The notes below the pieces were generated by a model that saw only the letters and a program-made list of their open reading frames with translations, had not been told where the DNA came from and ran no database searches. Shown here piece by piece: positions 1 to 8,247 of a stretch of 10,869 nucleotides of DNA; within the stretch, counting starts at the first letter, position 1; each line of letters starts with the position of its first letter. Location: assembly GCA_963978095.1 (NCBI GenBank), contig CAXBQP010000071.1, positions 1 to 10,869 of the forward strand, given 5' to 3'. The translations under genes and the position numbers were made by a program. The DNA comes from an uncultured bacterium (GTDB lineage Bacteria; Gemmatimonadota; Gemmatimonadetes; Gemmatimonadales; Gemmatimonadaceae).

Positions 1-1
1 C

Positions 2-250
2 GGGACGGTCCTGACGAACAGCATCGTGGTGCGCGTGACCGGCACGGGCAACGTGCCGATGGTGGGAGTTCCCGTGGCCTTTCAGGTGACGAGTGGCGGC
101 GGGGCGATCACCCCGCAGACCATCGTGACCAACGCCTTGGGCGAGGCGACGGCGAAGTGGACCTTGGGAACCGTGGCGGGAGCGAACACGGCGACTGTCA
201 GTTCGTCCACGCTGACGCCCGTCGTGCTCGCCGCGACGGGAACGCCGTAA
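2..250 (+). CDS. C-terminal part of a bacterial Ig-like (Big_1/invasin-intimin type) domain protein, 5'-truncated by the window edge
   Basis: Frame is open from base 2 (GTVLTNSIVVRVTGTGNVPMVGVPVAFQVTSGGGAITPQTIVTNALGEATAKWTLGTVAGANTATVSS...) to TAA at 248-250. The pattern VxVxxxxGNxP-GVxVxF-V-SGGG...T-xxG-A-xxWTLG-xxG-N is typical of Big_1-like repeats in surface proteins. Confidence 0.85.
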   Translation, partial: GTVLTNSIVVRVTGTGNVPMVGVPVAFQVTSGGGAITPQTIVTNALGEATAKWTLGTVAGANTATVSSSTLTPVVLAATGTP

Positions 251-254
251 TCGA

Positions 255-2420
255 TCAGGGAGCGCCGGGTCGGTAGCGGACGACCGCGCCGGCATCCACG
301 TCGGCGGACGTGAACGCCACCCGCTTCAACTGGCCTTTGGCGAATCGCTCCGCCTGTGCCGCGTACCAGGGGGAATCGGGGCGATTGCTCTCCCCGTAGG
401 CCAGCACCGACCACGCACGCGGGGTGTCGGTGAATTCCACCGCGAGCACCCAGCCATCGCCCCCGTTTGCGGCCAGACGGCCATCAGCCTCTCGCTCATA
501 AGTGAGGACGCGGAAGCATCCGAGCGCGCTTCCACACCCGCCGACCGGCACGTCGACCGTACCGCGACGCACCCGGTGGACCTCGCCCCACGACACGTCG
601 GCGCGGCCATAGCGCTTGGTGGTCTCGGTCAGCGCCCATCGGAAGGAGTCGCGCGCCCTGATGGGATTCGCGAGCCCGCGCGGCGTGTTGAGCGGGTCCG
701 CTGCGCTCCACGGAGTCGCGTAGCGTGTGGCTTCCGTCAATCCTTGCCCATAGTGCTGCCACCAGAGGTCGAACACAACGGCGCCGCGGCTGTCCGGCGC
801 GACGTCGTTGTGCCAACTCTCGAGCAGAGCCAGCCCGGCCGCGAGGTCGCCGGACGGCGCACTCTCCCGAAGCGCGCGCACCAGATCCGGTTTGACACGG
901 TCGGCCAGGAGCATCCGATAGTTGTGCTTCCGCGCGATCACGGTCTCCAGGTCGACCCGCTGGGAGTCGCTCACGAGCTGTAGCGCCAGTTGACTGCGCA
1001 ACGAGAGCGAGGGACGCTCGAAATTCGCGTAGGCGTTCGTGGTGTCCAGTAGCCCCGCGATGTTCGTGAAATGCGGGGAGCTGTTTTCGTTGTGCACGTA
1101 GCCCCCCTTCGGGTTCAGCACCTGCGGGAGCGAGTCGAACGGGACGTAGCGCGACCAGATGTCCTGGGGGCCGCTGGCTGGCGTGGCCAGGGAATCACCG
1201 CCCGACGGATGGGGCAGGGCAGGCAGTGTCGCGTTCCACAGAAAGAGAATGTTCCCGGCGCGATCAGCGTACGTGAAGTTGGAGGTATGGCGACCGCGCA
1301 CGCGCATGGCGGTCTTCCATTCCTCGAGCGAACCCGCGCGCATCATGCCGATGAACTGATCCCCGACGCGTGCGCCCCATTCGCCGGCGGTCTTGACCGC
1401 GTACAGTTTGCCGGCCGTGCGGTGGATGATGGGTCCGGCGCGCGAGAAGCTGAAGGGTCGCGTCTCCTCGGCCATTCCCTCGTTGGTGCGGTACCGGACG
1501 GTGACCGTCCGTTGTTCCAGAGGAACGGACGCGCCATCCCACAGATAATGATCGGCGTGCTCCGGGTCGACGCGCAGCTCGTAGATCTCGCTCAGCGTCT
1601 GGGCGTTGTTGGTGGTCGACCATCCCAAGGCCCGGTTGAATCCACCGATAACAGCAAAGGGACCCCCTATTCGAAAATCGCCGTAGAAATCGACGACATT
1701 CGGTACGGTCAGATGTGCCTCGTAGTACCCTGCCGTCCAGGCGAGATGGGGGTTCCGCAGGAGGATCGCGCGTCCGCTTTTGCTGCGGCTTGGGGCAAAG
1801 GCCCAGGCGTTCGATCCGACATCGTCGTTGCGTTCCGCAGCGTCACCAGCGCCGGTGTACGCTGGCGCGCGCCGCCCGCGGGTACCTCGTCCGGCGTTGA
1901 GCTTCGGCACGAACGTGCGCGCAACGCCCCAGGCGGGCTCGGTGACGTCGCCGGACAGCACATCGACCGCGGTGAAGTCAGCGGGCATGTGCTCCGGAAA
2001 ATCCGACGGGTGCAGGGTGATGTACCGGTTGAGCCCGGCGGCGAATCCTTCGTACATCTCGCGCGTCGCGGGCTCCAACTGGGGGAACTGCTGTTCGGCG
2101 TGCTCTCGGGCGAACAGGGAGGTGAAGTCCGAACCGATACTGTCGCGACCAAAGACGGCGCCGAGCGAACCGCGTCCGCGAAGCATCGCCACGGCGGTCC
2201 GGGAGCCGTAGTCCTCCGATTGCAGCCAGGCGAGGGCATATCCCGCCGCGCGCATGTTCTCCGCGCGAATGTGGGGGACCCCCGCCTCGGTTCTGATGAT
2301 CTCGACTTGCTCCCAGAGCTCGGGTGTGGTGTGCCGCAGCCGGAATCCCACCAGCAGCAGCGCAACGGCGGTCATCGCGGCGAGTCGCGTGGCCATACGG
2401 GGCGCGGGGGATGTGCGCAT
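255..2420 (-). CDS. Penicillin acylase family (peptidase S45, Ntn-hydrolase) precursor, glutaryl-7-ACA acylase-like, probably exported
   Basis: Alpha-subunit motif VEIIRTEAGVPHIRA. Autocleavage site G|SNAWAFAPSRSKSGRAILLRNPHLAW gives the Ser-beta1 codon at 1814-1812 and His-beta23. Also SNFTYADRAGNI, NPKGGYVHNENSSP (oxyanion Asn region) and C-terminal LAYGESNRPDSPWY-x2-QAERF. Start placed at ATG 2420 (alternative 2396) because the ORF-track start at 2498 overlaps the DUF2177 gene. The N-terminus is basic then hydrophobic, like a signal peptide. Confidence 0.93.
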   Translation of the reverse strand: MRTSPAPRMATRLAAMTAVALLLVGFRLRHTTPELWEQVEIIRTEAGVPHIRAENMRAAGYALAWLQSEDYGSRTAVAMLRGRGSLGAVFGRDSIGSDFTSLFAREHAEQQFPQLEPATREMYEGFAAGLNRYITLHPSDFPEHMPADFTAVDVLSGDVTEPAWGVARTFVPKLNAGRGTRGRRAPAYTGAGDAAERNDDVGSNAWAFAPSRSKSGRAILLRNPHLAWTAGYYEAHLTVPNVVDFYGDFRIGGPFAVIGGFNRALGWSTTNNAQTLSEIYELRVDPEHADHYLWDGASVPLEQRTVTVRYRTNEGMAEETRPFSFSRAGPIIHRTAGKLYAVKTAGEWGARVGDQFIGMMRAGSLEEWKTAMRVRGRHTSNFTYADRAGNILFLWNATLPALPHPSGGDSLATPASGPQDIWSRYVPFDSLPQVLNPKGGYVHNENSSPHFTNIAGLLDTTNAYANFERPSLSLRSQLALQLVSDSQRVDLETVIARKHNYRMLLADRVKPDLVRALRESAPSGDLAAGLALLESWHNDVAPDSRGAVVFDLWWQHYGQGLTEATRYATPWSAADPLNTPRGLANPIRARDSFRWALTETTKRYGRADVSWGEVHRVRRGTVDVPVGGCGSALGCFRVLTYEREADGRLAANGGDGWVLAVEFTDTPRAWSVLAYGESNRPDSPWYAAQAERFAKGQLKRVAFTSADVDAGAVVRYRPGAP

Positions 2421-2428
2421 GCCTGCGA

Positions 2429-2833
2429 TCAACCGCCGAAGGCGATGCTCGCCCGATACGCCACGTAGCTGACGGCGCTGGTCAGGCAGGTACCCCATGC
2501 CAGGTCGATGTACGCGATTCTGGAGGGGAAATCCTTCAGCAACGCCAAACTGGTGAGGTCAAAGGCTGCGTAAGCGGCCAGTCCGAACAGTGCGCCAAGG
2601 GTCACCGCCCGGAGGGCCGAATGGCGTTCGGTGGCGGGTTGGACGCAGAGCACCACGATCGCCGCGACATAGATGAGATAGAACAGAATCGCAGCGCCCC
2701 ATTGGACATCGGGGCGGAGCAGGTGTCCCATCTGTTGTTGGTACAGGTCCTTGGCGACGAAGCCGATCCAGGTGAAATCCAGGATGCAGAACGCGACGAT
2801 CGCGGTAGCATAGCTTTTGAGGAATGTCGACAT
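2429..2833 (-). CDS. DUF2177 family small integral membrane protein (134 aa)
   Basis: C-terminal part of the 2429..3868 track ORF, from ATG 2833: MSTFLKSYATAIVAFCILDFTWIGFVAKDLYQQQMGHLL...AAILFYLIY...GALFGLAAYAAFDLTSLA...IDLAWGT. The motifs LDxxWxG, FYxxY, GAxxGLxxYxxxDLT and DxxWG match DUF2177. About four hydrophobic segments. Confidence 0.9.
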   Translation of the reverse strand: MSTFLKSYATAIVAFCILDFTWIGFVAKDLYQQQMGHLLRPDVQWGAAILFYLIYVAAIVVLCVQPATERHSALRAVTLGALFGLAAYAAFDLTSLALLKDFPSRIAYIDLAWGTCLTSAVSYVAYRASIAFGG

Positions 2834-2947
2834 GCTGGATAAACTCGCAACGGTCCCGTTCCGGGGCAACAGAGCGCCTGCCAGCGGCGTAGCTGGTGGG
2901 ACACGCCCCCGTGACGCCCATCGCCCCGCCGTGTAAACTCCACTGCC
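2834..2947. promoter_or_regulatory. Divergent intergenic promoter region between DUF2177/acylase (-) and the moxR operon (+), with a candidate -10 element TAAACT at 2934-2939
   Basis: 114 bp between two outward-facing start codons. A TAnnnT hexamer lies 8 nt before the moxR ATG and no Shine-Dalgarno is visible. Confidence 0.5.
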
Positions 2948-3955
2948 ATGAGCAACAGCGATTCCACTGTCCCCCAGAGCCCGCTGACCATCGAGGGCGC
3001 CGGCGCCCTCGCCCGCCGTCTTGATGCGGAGATCGGGAAGGTCGTCATCGGCCAAGCCGCGATCAGACGCGAGATCATGACCTGTCTCTTCGCGGGCGGA
3101 CACTGTCTGCTGCGTGGCGTCCCGGGGTTGGCGAAGACCCTGTTGATCAAGACGCTCGCGGATGCCGTGCACCTCAAGTTCAGTCGCATCCAGTTCACGC
3201 CGGACCTGATGCCGTCGGACATCCTGGGTACGGAAGTGATCGAGGACGACGTCATCGCCGGCAAACGTCATGTCCGCTTCATCCCGGGGCCGGTCTTCGC
3301 CAATATCATCCTCGCGGACGAGATCAACCGCACCCCCCCTCGGACCCAGGCCGCGCTGCTCGAGGCGATGCAGGAGTTCCAGGTGACGGTCGGTGGGGTA
3401 CGGCATGCGCTCGACCGGCCGCTGTTCGTGCTGGCGACCGAGAATCCGATTGAGCAGGAAGGGACGTACCCGTTGCCCGAAGCTCAGCTGGATCGCTTCA
3501 TGTTCAACGTCGTCATGGACTATCCCGCGGCCGACGACGAGCGGCGTATCCTCGCCGAAACCACGCGGGGGCCAGGCGCGGAGGTTCGGCCGGTCGCGAC
3601 GGGCCGGGACCTCGAACAGGTGCAGTCGCTGGTGCGTTCGTTGCCGGCCGCTGACAATGTGGTGGACTACGCGCTTCGACTGATCCGCGCGACGCGTCCG
3701 GCCGAATCCACGGCGCCGGCATTCGTCCGCGACTGGATCCGCTGGGGAGCCGGTCCGCGCGCGGGCCAGGCACTCCTGCTCGGCGCCAAGGCCGCCGCGC
3801 TGCTCGACGGACGGCCCGTCCCGTCGCCGGAGGATGTGACACGCGTGGCGCATCCGGTGCTTCGGCACCGAATCCTCGTGAACTTCCGAGCGGAAGCCGA
3901 TGGCATCGCCAGCGACGACGTGATCGACAAGCTGCTCATCGCCGTTCGGCCCTGA
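2948..3955 (+). CDS. moxR: MoxR family AAA+ ATPase (MoxR-proper type)
   Basis: KVVIGQ; GHCLLRGVPGLAKT (Walker A, 3116-3139); RIQFTPDLMPSDILG; GPVFANIILADEINRTPPRTQAALLEAMQE (Walker B); ATENPIEQEGTYPLPEAQLDRF; WGAGPRA; VLRHRI. Confidence 0.97.
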   Translation: MSNSDSTVPQSPLTIEGAGALARRLDAEIGKVVIGQAAIRREIMTCLFAGGHCLLRGVPGLAKTLLIKTLADAVHLKFSRIQFTPDLMPSDILGTEVIEDDVIAGKRHVRFIPGPVFANIILADEINRTPPRTQAALLEAMQEFQVTVGGVRHALDRPLFVLATENPIEQEGTYPLPEAQLDRFMFNVVMDYPAADDERRILAETTRGPGAEVRPVATGRDLEQVQSLVRSLPAADNVVDYALRLIRATRPAESTAPAFVRDWIRWGAGPRAGQALLLGAKAAALLDGRPVPSPEDVTRVAHPVLRHRILVNFRAEADGIASDDVIDKLLIAVRP

Positions 3956-3963
3956 TCCCGGCG

Positions 3964-4884
3964 ATGTCGGCGCTCTCCCCGGCGGTGGTGGCGGCGATCG
4001 ACGACCTCGAGTTGTCGGCGCGTCGCATCGTCGAGGGACTCCGCACGGGGGCCCATCGCAGTCCCTTCCACGGATTCACCTCCGAGTTCCGGCAACATCG
4101 TCCGTACCGCGCGGGTGACGACCTCAAGCATCTGGACTGGAAGTTGTTCGGGCGCAGCGATCGTCTGTACAGCCGGCAGTTCCGAGAGACCACCAATGTC
4201 TCGATCATGCTGGTGCTCGATACAAGTGCGTCGATGGGTTTCCCCCAGGGTCCCGAGCAGCCCAGCAAACTGCGTTACGCCGTGGTCGTCGCCGCGGCGC
4301 TCGCACACCTCGCCATCACGCAAGGACACGCGGTAGGGCTCATGACGACCGCGGCGCAGAGTGGAGCGATGCTCAAGGCTCGCGGTGGTCGGCCGCATCT
4401 CAGGTCACTTCTTGCCGCGCTCGACGGCGTGACGGCCGCCGGACGATGGGACGGTGCCCGTGCGTTGTCCCTGGGCGCCCAGCTACTCCGGCGGCGCGGT
4501 TTGATGATCGTGCTCTCGGATTTCTACGACGACGAGGACGCGGTGCAGCGCGAGCTGCGGCATGTAGCACAGCACGGGCACGATGTGATCGCCATGCAGT
4601 TGTTGAGCGCCGAGGAGCGGTCGCTCACGGGGCGTGCGTCGGTGGAGTTCGAGGATTTGGAAACAGGCGAGCGGCGCATGGCGGATATCCACGCCATCGG
4701 TCCTGCGTACGAACAGGCGGTTTCGGATTTCGTGCAACGCCTGCATCGGTCGGCAATCCATGCCGGGGTTGATCATCTGCTCGTGCCAACCGAACAACCG
4801 CCCGAAACGGTCCTCCGAGACTTCTTGCGGAGGCGATCGCTCGCGGGTGCCTCCACGGGTCCACGTGGGGTGGGACGACGGTGA
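3964..4884 (+). CDS. DUF58 domain (vWA-like) protein, the usual MoxR partner
   Basis: GxHRSPFHGFTSEFRQHRPYRAGDDLKHLDWKLFGRSDRLYSRQFRETT; LVLDTSASM (DxSxS at 4219-4233); IVLSDF; FEDLETGE. Starts 8 nt after the moxR stop. Confidence 0.95.
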   Translation: MSALSPAVVAAIDDLELSARRIVEGLRTGAHRSPFHGFTSEFRQHRPYRAGDDLKHLDWKLFGRSDRLYSRQFRETTNVSIMLVLDTSASMGFPQGPEQPSKLRYAVVVAAALAHLAITQGHAVGLMTTAAQSGAMLKARGGRPHLRSLLAALDGVTAAGRWDGARALSLGAQLLRRRGLMIVLSDFYDDEDAVQRELRHVAQHGHDVIAMQLLSAEERSLTGRASVEFEDLETGERRMADIHAIGPAYEQAVSDFVQRLHRSAIHAGVDHLLVPTEQPPETVLRDFLRRRSLAGASTGPRGVGRR

Positions 4885-6188
4885 CCTGGGGCAATGCCGG
4901 TGCGCTGACCGGACTGCTGGTGGTGGCGCTCCCCGTCATCATCCACGTGCTGGGGAGGGATCCGGCGACGCGTCGGCGATTCCCGTCGTTGCGATTCATC
5001 GAGGCGTCACGTTTGTTGCCCACGCGATGGTCCCGGGTCCATGATCCCGTGCTCCTGACCATCCGTTGTGCGTTGCTGACACTCGCGGTCGCCGCACTGG
5101 CGCGACCTTCGCGCAACCGAGCCCCCGTGGCGCCGGCAACGGAGGAGCGACTCGCACGCGTGGTGCTGCTCGACACGGCGGCGATGGCGTACTCCGCGCA
5201 CGCTGCCGATGCTCGGGCCATGGCGCAGGCCTTCATGGACTCCGCGTCCAGGTCGATCGTGGTGTTGAGTGCCGATCCCGTGGAGGACCTCCGTGGGGCC
5301 GGGAGTTGGCTGGAGCGGGACGACGGACGGCACGAACTCGTGATTATGTCCGATTTCGCCGAGTCACGGTATCCTATGGCGCTCTCCGCATTGGTGGCTC
5401 CCACGGTGGGGTTGCGATTCGTCCGGCTTCCCGTCGGTGACACGATCGCCCGCGTTCGTCGCGCCACGCCGCCAGCCCCCGGCGCCAGGGCAACGGCGCC
5501 TCCGTTATCGGTCGTGTCCTCGAATGATGAAGCGGACTTTGCCCGCGCGGTCACGCGGGCCGTCTCGCAGGGGCTTCGTTCATCGACCAGCGCACCCGTG
5601 ATTCCGGTCGCGCTGGTCCTCCGCAGCGCGACAGAGCGGGCGGAACTCCTTCGCCGCTCTCGCCCCGTCTCGAATCCGGCGGTGGTACGTCTGACGGCTC
5701 GGCTCACACGGGATGCCTTTGCGCTGCCGCTGGACGCGGACCTGCACGGGGGAGCTACAGCGGTCGTCCCCCAAAAGTTGGACCAGTCAGCACCAGTACC
5801 TCCGACGGGAAGTGTGGTGCTGGCCCGCGGCCGAGACGGGGCTATCGCACTCTGGGCACGGGAGGATTCGACGTCGGCGGCCCCTCGCCTGCTGGTGTTC
5901 AGCGAGCTGCCCGCACGTTCGGCGGCCATCGCCGTCGCGGCGGCCGCGGTTGGTGCTACGGCGTTGCCAACGACTGACGCAGTGGGTGACGGACTGCTCC
6001 CGGATTCGGTGCTGCGTGGATGGGAGCGGCCGGCGACGCCACGTGACGCCGTGACGCCTCCGGTCTCGTCCCCAGACGTCGGCGGGTCGCTCGCGCGGTT
6101 GCTCTGGTGTGCGGTGCTGGCGTTGCTCCTGATCGAGTCGGTGGTCCGGCGTCGGTCCGGCTCCGCACCAGTGGCCGAGGGTGGGTGA
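4881..6188 (+). CDS. BatA (N-terminal double-transmembrane) domain membrane protein with a degenerate vWA-like region and a C-terminal TM helix
   Basis: GTG start overlaps the DUF58 stop (GTGA at 4881-4884). The N-terminus MTWGNAGALTGLLVVALPVIIHVL...RRRFPSLRFI...LLTIRCALLTLAVAALARP is the BatA signature (LPxxIHL..FPSxxF..LRxxxxxxxxxALARP). C-terminal TM LLWCAVLALLLIESVVRRR. Confidence 0.88.
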   Translation: MTWGNAGALTGLLVVALPVIIHVLGRDPATRRRFPSLRFIEASRLLPTRWSRVHDPVLLTIRCALLTLAVAALARPSRNRAPVAPATEERLARVVLLDTAAMAYSAHAADARAMAQAFMDSASRSIVVLSADPVEDLRGAGSWLERDDGRHELVIMSDFAESRYPMALSALVAPTVGLRFVRLPVGDTIARVRRATPPAPGARATAPPLSVVSSNDEADFARAVTRAVSQGLRSSTSAPVIPVALVLRSATERAELLRRSRPVSNPAVVRLTARLTRDAFALPLDADLHGGATAVVPQKLDQSAPVPPTGSVVLARGRDGAIALWAREDSTSAAPRLLVFSELPARSAAIAVAAAAVGATALPTTDAVGDGLLPDSVLRGWERPATPRDAVTPPVSSPDVGGSLARLLWCAVLALLLIESVVRRRSGSAPVAEGG

Positions 6189-6189
6189 C

Positions 6190-8247
6190 ATGCTGACGCC
6201 TGATGCCACGTACATCGCCGAGCGCCTGGCGGCGTTGCAGCGTCGTGCACGCCTCATTCGGTTCGTGGAGGGATTTTCGGCCGCGCTGGTGCTGATCGCC
6301 GGCGTCCTGCGGCTGACCGGAGCGGTCTTGTCGACCGCGGAACTGCTGGCCGCGATCGGGTGCGGACTCCTGAGCCTATGGTTCCGGTCCCCTGATCGAC
6401 GCGAGCTGGCGCAGAAGCTCGAGCAGCGGTCGCCCGATTCCAAGAACGTCATCGTGACCGCCGAGGAGCTCCTCCGCATTGGGGCGCCGCTCCCCCCGCC
6501 AGCTGTGATGGCGGCCATCGTTTCGTCTGCTCGTCGCCGGATCGAGGGGATTGGCGCCCCTGCTGTGTTTCCGGCGGGCGCGGCCTTCGCGCAACTGGGA
6601 GCTGCGTGTGTGATCGTGGTCGGCGCCATGATGTATGGACGCGTCACCTCGGACCGTGGCGTCGCGCTTCACGCCGCCGGCTCATCGATCATCGCGGTCC
6701 GCGTCATCCCACCCGCCTACTTGGGGCGTCAGACGGTTTCGCTGACGGATCCGACCCGGCTGTCTGTGATGCGAGGCAGTACGCTTGCCCTTTCCGTGGC
6801 TCTCCCCGGAGATTCGTTGGAGCTCCGCACCGGGAGCACTTCGCGGTGGATCAGGCGCAACGCGGGTGAACGGTTGACGGCGCAGGTCGTCGCCGATTCG
6901 GATGGCTTCATCTTGCTTCAGGCTCACGCGGGTCCCCCCGGCAGTCGTTCCCGCCTGATCCCGATCACGGTTGGCATCGACAGCGCGCCTCGTATCGCGC
7001 TCGGACAGCCTGGGCGGGATTTGTTGTTTCCCAACGGGCGGCAATCCCTGAGTATCTCGCTCAAGGCAACCGACGACATCGCGCTCAAGACCGTGGCATT
7101 GCGCTTTACGCGGGTCTCCGGCTCCGGCGAACGATTCACCTTCACCGAGGGTGAAGTGCCGCTGTCGGTGACGCGACGCAGCAGCCGTGAATGGGACGCC
7201 ACGGCACTATGGGATCTGAAACCGCTCAAGCTCGAACCCGGAGATATGGTGGTGTATCGAGCGGTCGCGACGGACGGTCGACCGGGATCACCTCCCGTTG
7301 AATCGGACGCGTTCATCGCAGAGGTGGCGTCGCCCGGCGGTGTGGCGGCCGCGGGCTTCGCGTTGGACCCGGAGCAGGAGCGCTATGCCCTGAGTGAACA
7401 GATGGTGATTCTGAAGACCGAACGATTGCTGGCCGCGCGCACCTCCATGGCGGTCGATGCCTTCGCCGATGCGGCGGCGGAGATCGCGGTCGAGCAGCGT
7501 CGGGTGCGCGCCGAGTTCGTGTTCATGATGGGTGGAGAGATGGAGGACGCGCCGTCGCCCGACGAGGCGTCGATGACCGATCTGAACGAAGAGGCCGAGG
7601 CGGCGGGCGAGGATGATCTGGCCGCCGGACGCATGGTCAACCGCGGTCGTGTGGCGTTGCTCAGTGCCATTCGCAACATGAGCAAAGCCGCGGGGGCGCT
7701 CACGGCCGTTGACGTTGCGGCCGCGCTCGCGTTCGAGAAGTCCGCCCTCAAGCAACTTGAAGCGGCGTTCTCCCACAGTCGGATCATCCTGCGTGCGTTG
7801 GCCGATCATGAGCGTCTCGACCCCACGCGGCGGCTCGGCGGCTCGCTCAGCGATGCGCGGTCGTTCGTTCACGAAGCAGTGGTTCCGGCATATTCCGCGG
7901 AAGTGCGCGGCGCTATTGCTCTGGTGCGGGACGTCTCAAAGTTGCCGGCGGGGCGCGCGGCGCGCAGCGACGCCTTGATGAAGCTCGCGGAGCGCGCGCT
8001 CCAGATCGGGCCATCGAATCCACTGCTGCGGCAGACGGCTGACCAGTGGACACACGCGGCGGAACGCGTGTCCGCCGGCAATGCGGTCGGTGCACAGCAG
8101 TCGATCGACGATGGTGCTCTCGCCCTCCAGAAACTGATTCGCCAGGGCACGGCGATTTCCTCCAATGGTGCCAGCGGCCACGTCGCGGCGCTGCTCGGTG
8201 CGTTACGTGACGCGTCGACGGGTATCAGAGGGTCGGTACGTCCGTGA
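6190..8247 (+). CDS. Large membrane-anchored protein of MoxR/Bat clusters (DUF4175-like): N-terminal TMs, beta-rich middle, helical C-terminal region
   Basis: About three N-terminal hydrophobic segments. Motifs PPAYLG, DSAPRIALGQP, ATDDIAL, LKLEPGDMVVYRAVATD are typical of DUF4175-like proteins. ATG 6190 follows GAGGGTG with good spacing; the track start GTG 6181 is the alternative. Family name assigned from recalled motifs. Confidence 0.7.
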   Translation: MLTPDATYIAERLAALQRRARLIRFVEGFSAALVLIAGVLRLTGAVLSTAELLAAIGCGLLSLWFRSPDRRELAQKLEQRSPDSKNVIVTAEELLRIGAPLPPPAVMAAIVSSARRRIEGIGAPAVFPAGAAFAQLGAACVIVVGAMMYGRVTSDRGVALHAAGSSIIAVRVIPPAYLGRQTVSLTDPTRLSVMRGSTLALSVALPGDSLELRTGSTSRWIRRNAGERLTAQVVADSDGFILLQAHAGPPGSRSRLIPITVGIDSAPRIALGQPGRDLLFPNGRQSLSISLKATDDIALKTVALRFTRVSGSGERFTFTEGEVPLSVTRRSSREWDATALWDLKPLKLEPGDMVVYRAVATDGRPGSPPVESDAFIAEVASPGGVAAAGFALDPEQERYALSEQMVILKTERLLAARTSMAVDAFADAAAEIAVEQRRVRAEFVFMMGGEMEDAPSPDEASMTDLNEEAEAAGEDDLAAGRMVNRGRVALLSAIRNMSKAAGALTAVDVAAALAFEKSALKQLEAAFSHSRIILRALADHERLDPTRRLGGSLSDARSFVHEAVVPAYSAEVRGAIALVRDVSKLPAGRAARSDALMKLAERALQIGPSNPLLRQTADQWTHAAERVSAGNAVGAQQSIDDGALALQKLIRQGTAISSNGASGHVAALLGALRDASTGIRGSVRP

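Noticed and set aside
248..257. Convergent gene ends only 4 nt apart with no intrinsic terminator
   Set aside because: This is common in compact high-GC genomes, and no hairpin/U-tract supports a terminator call.
1071..2468. 465-aa plus-strand ORF opposite the acylase
   Set aside because: It is the antisense frame of a high-GC gene with no recognisable motifs.
2421..2498. Extended acylase N-terminus from ATG 2498
   Set aside because: It overlaps the DUF2177 coding region by 70 nt and would bury the signal-peptide-like segment. ATG 2420 or 2396 is more plausible.
2877..2900. Possible hairpin CCTGCCAGC-GGCGTA-GCTGGTGGG in the divergent intergenic region
   Set aside because: It has a short stem with two G-U pairs, no U-tract and no recognisable riboswitch or ncRNA motif. 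This is expected by chance at this GC content.
3116..3139. Walker A reads GVPGLAKT rather than GxxGxGKT
   Set aside because: This variant is common in MoxR-proper ATPases and is not evidence of inactivation.
2834..3868. N-terminal 345 aa of the 479-aa minus-strand ORF 2429..3868
   Set aside because: It is mostly an antisense shadow of moxR. Only the part from ATG 2833 has a recognisable family (DUF2177).
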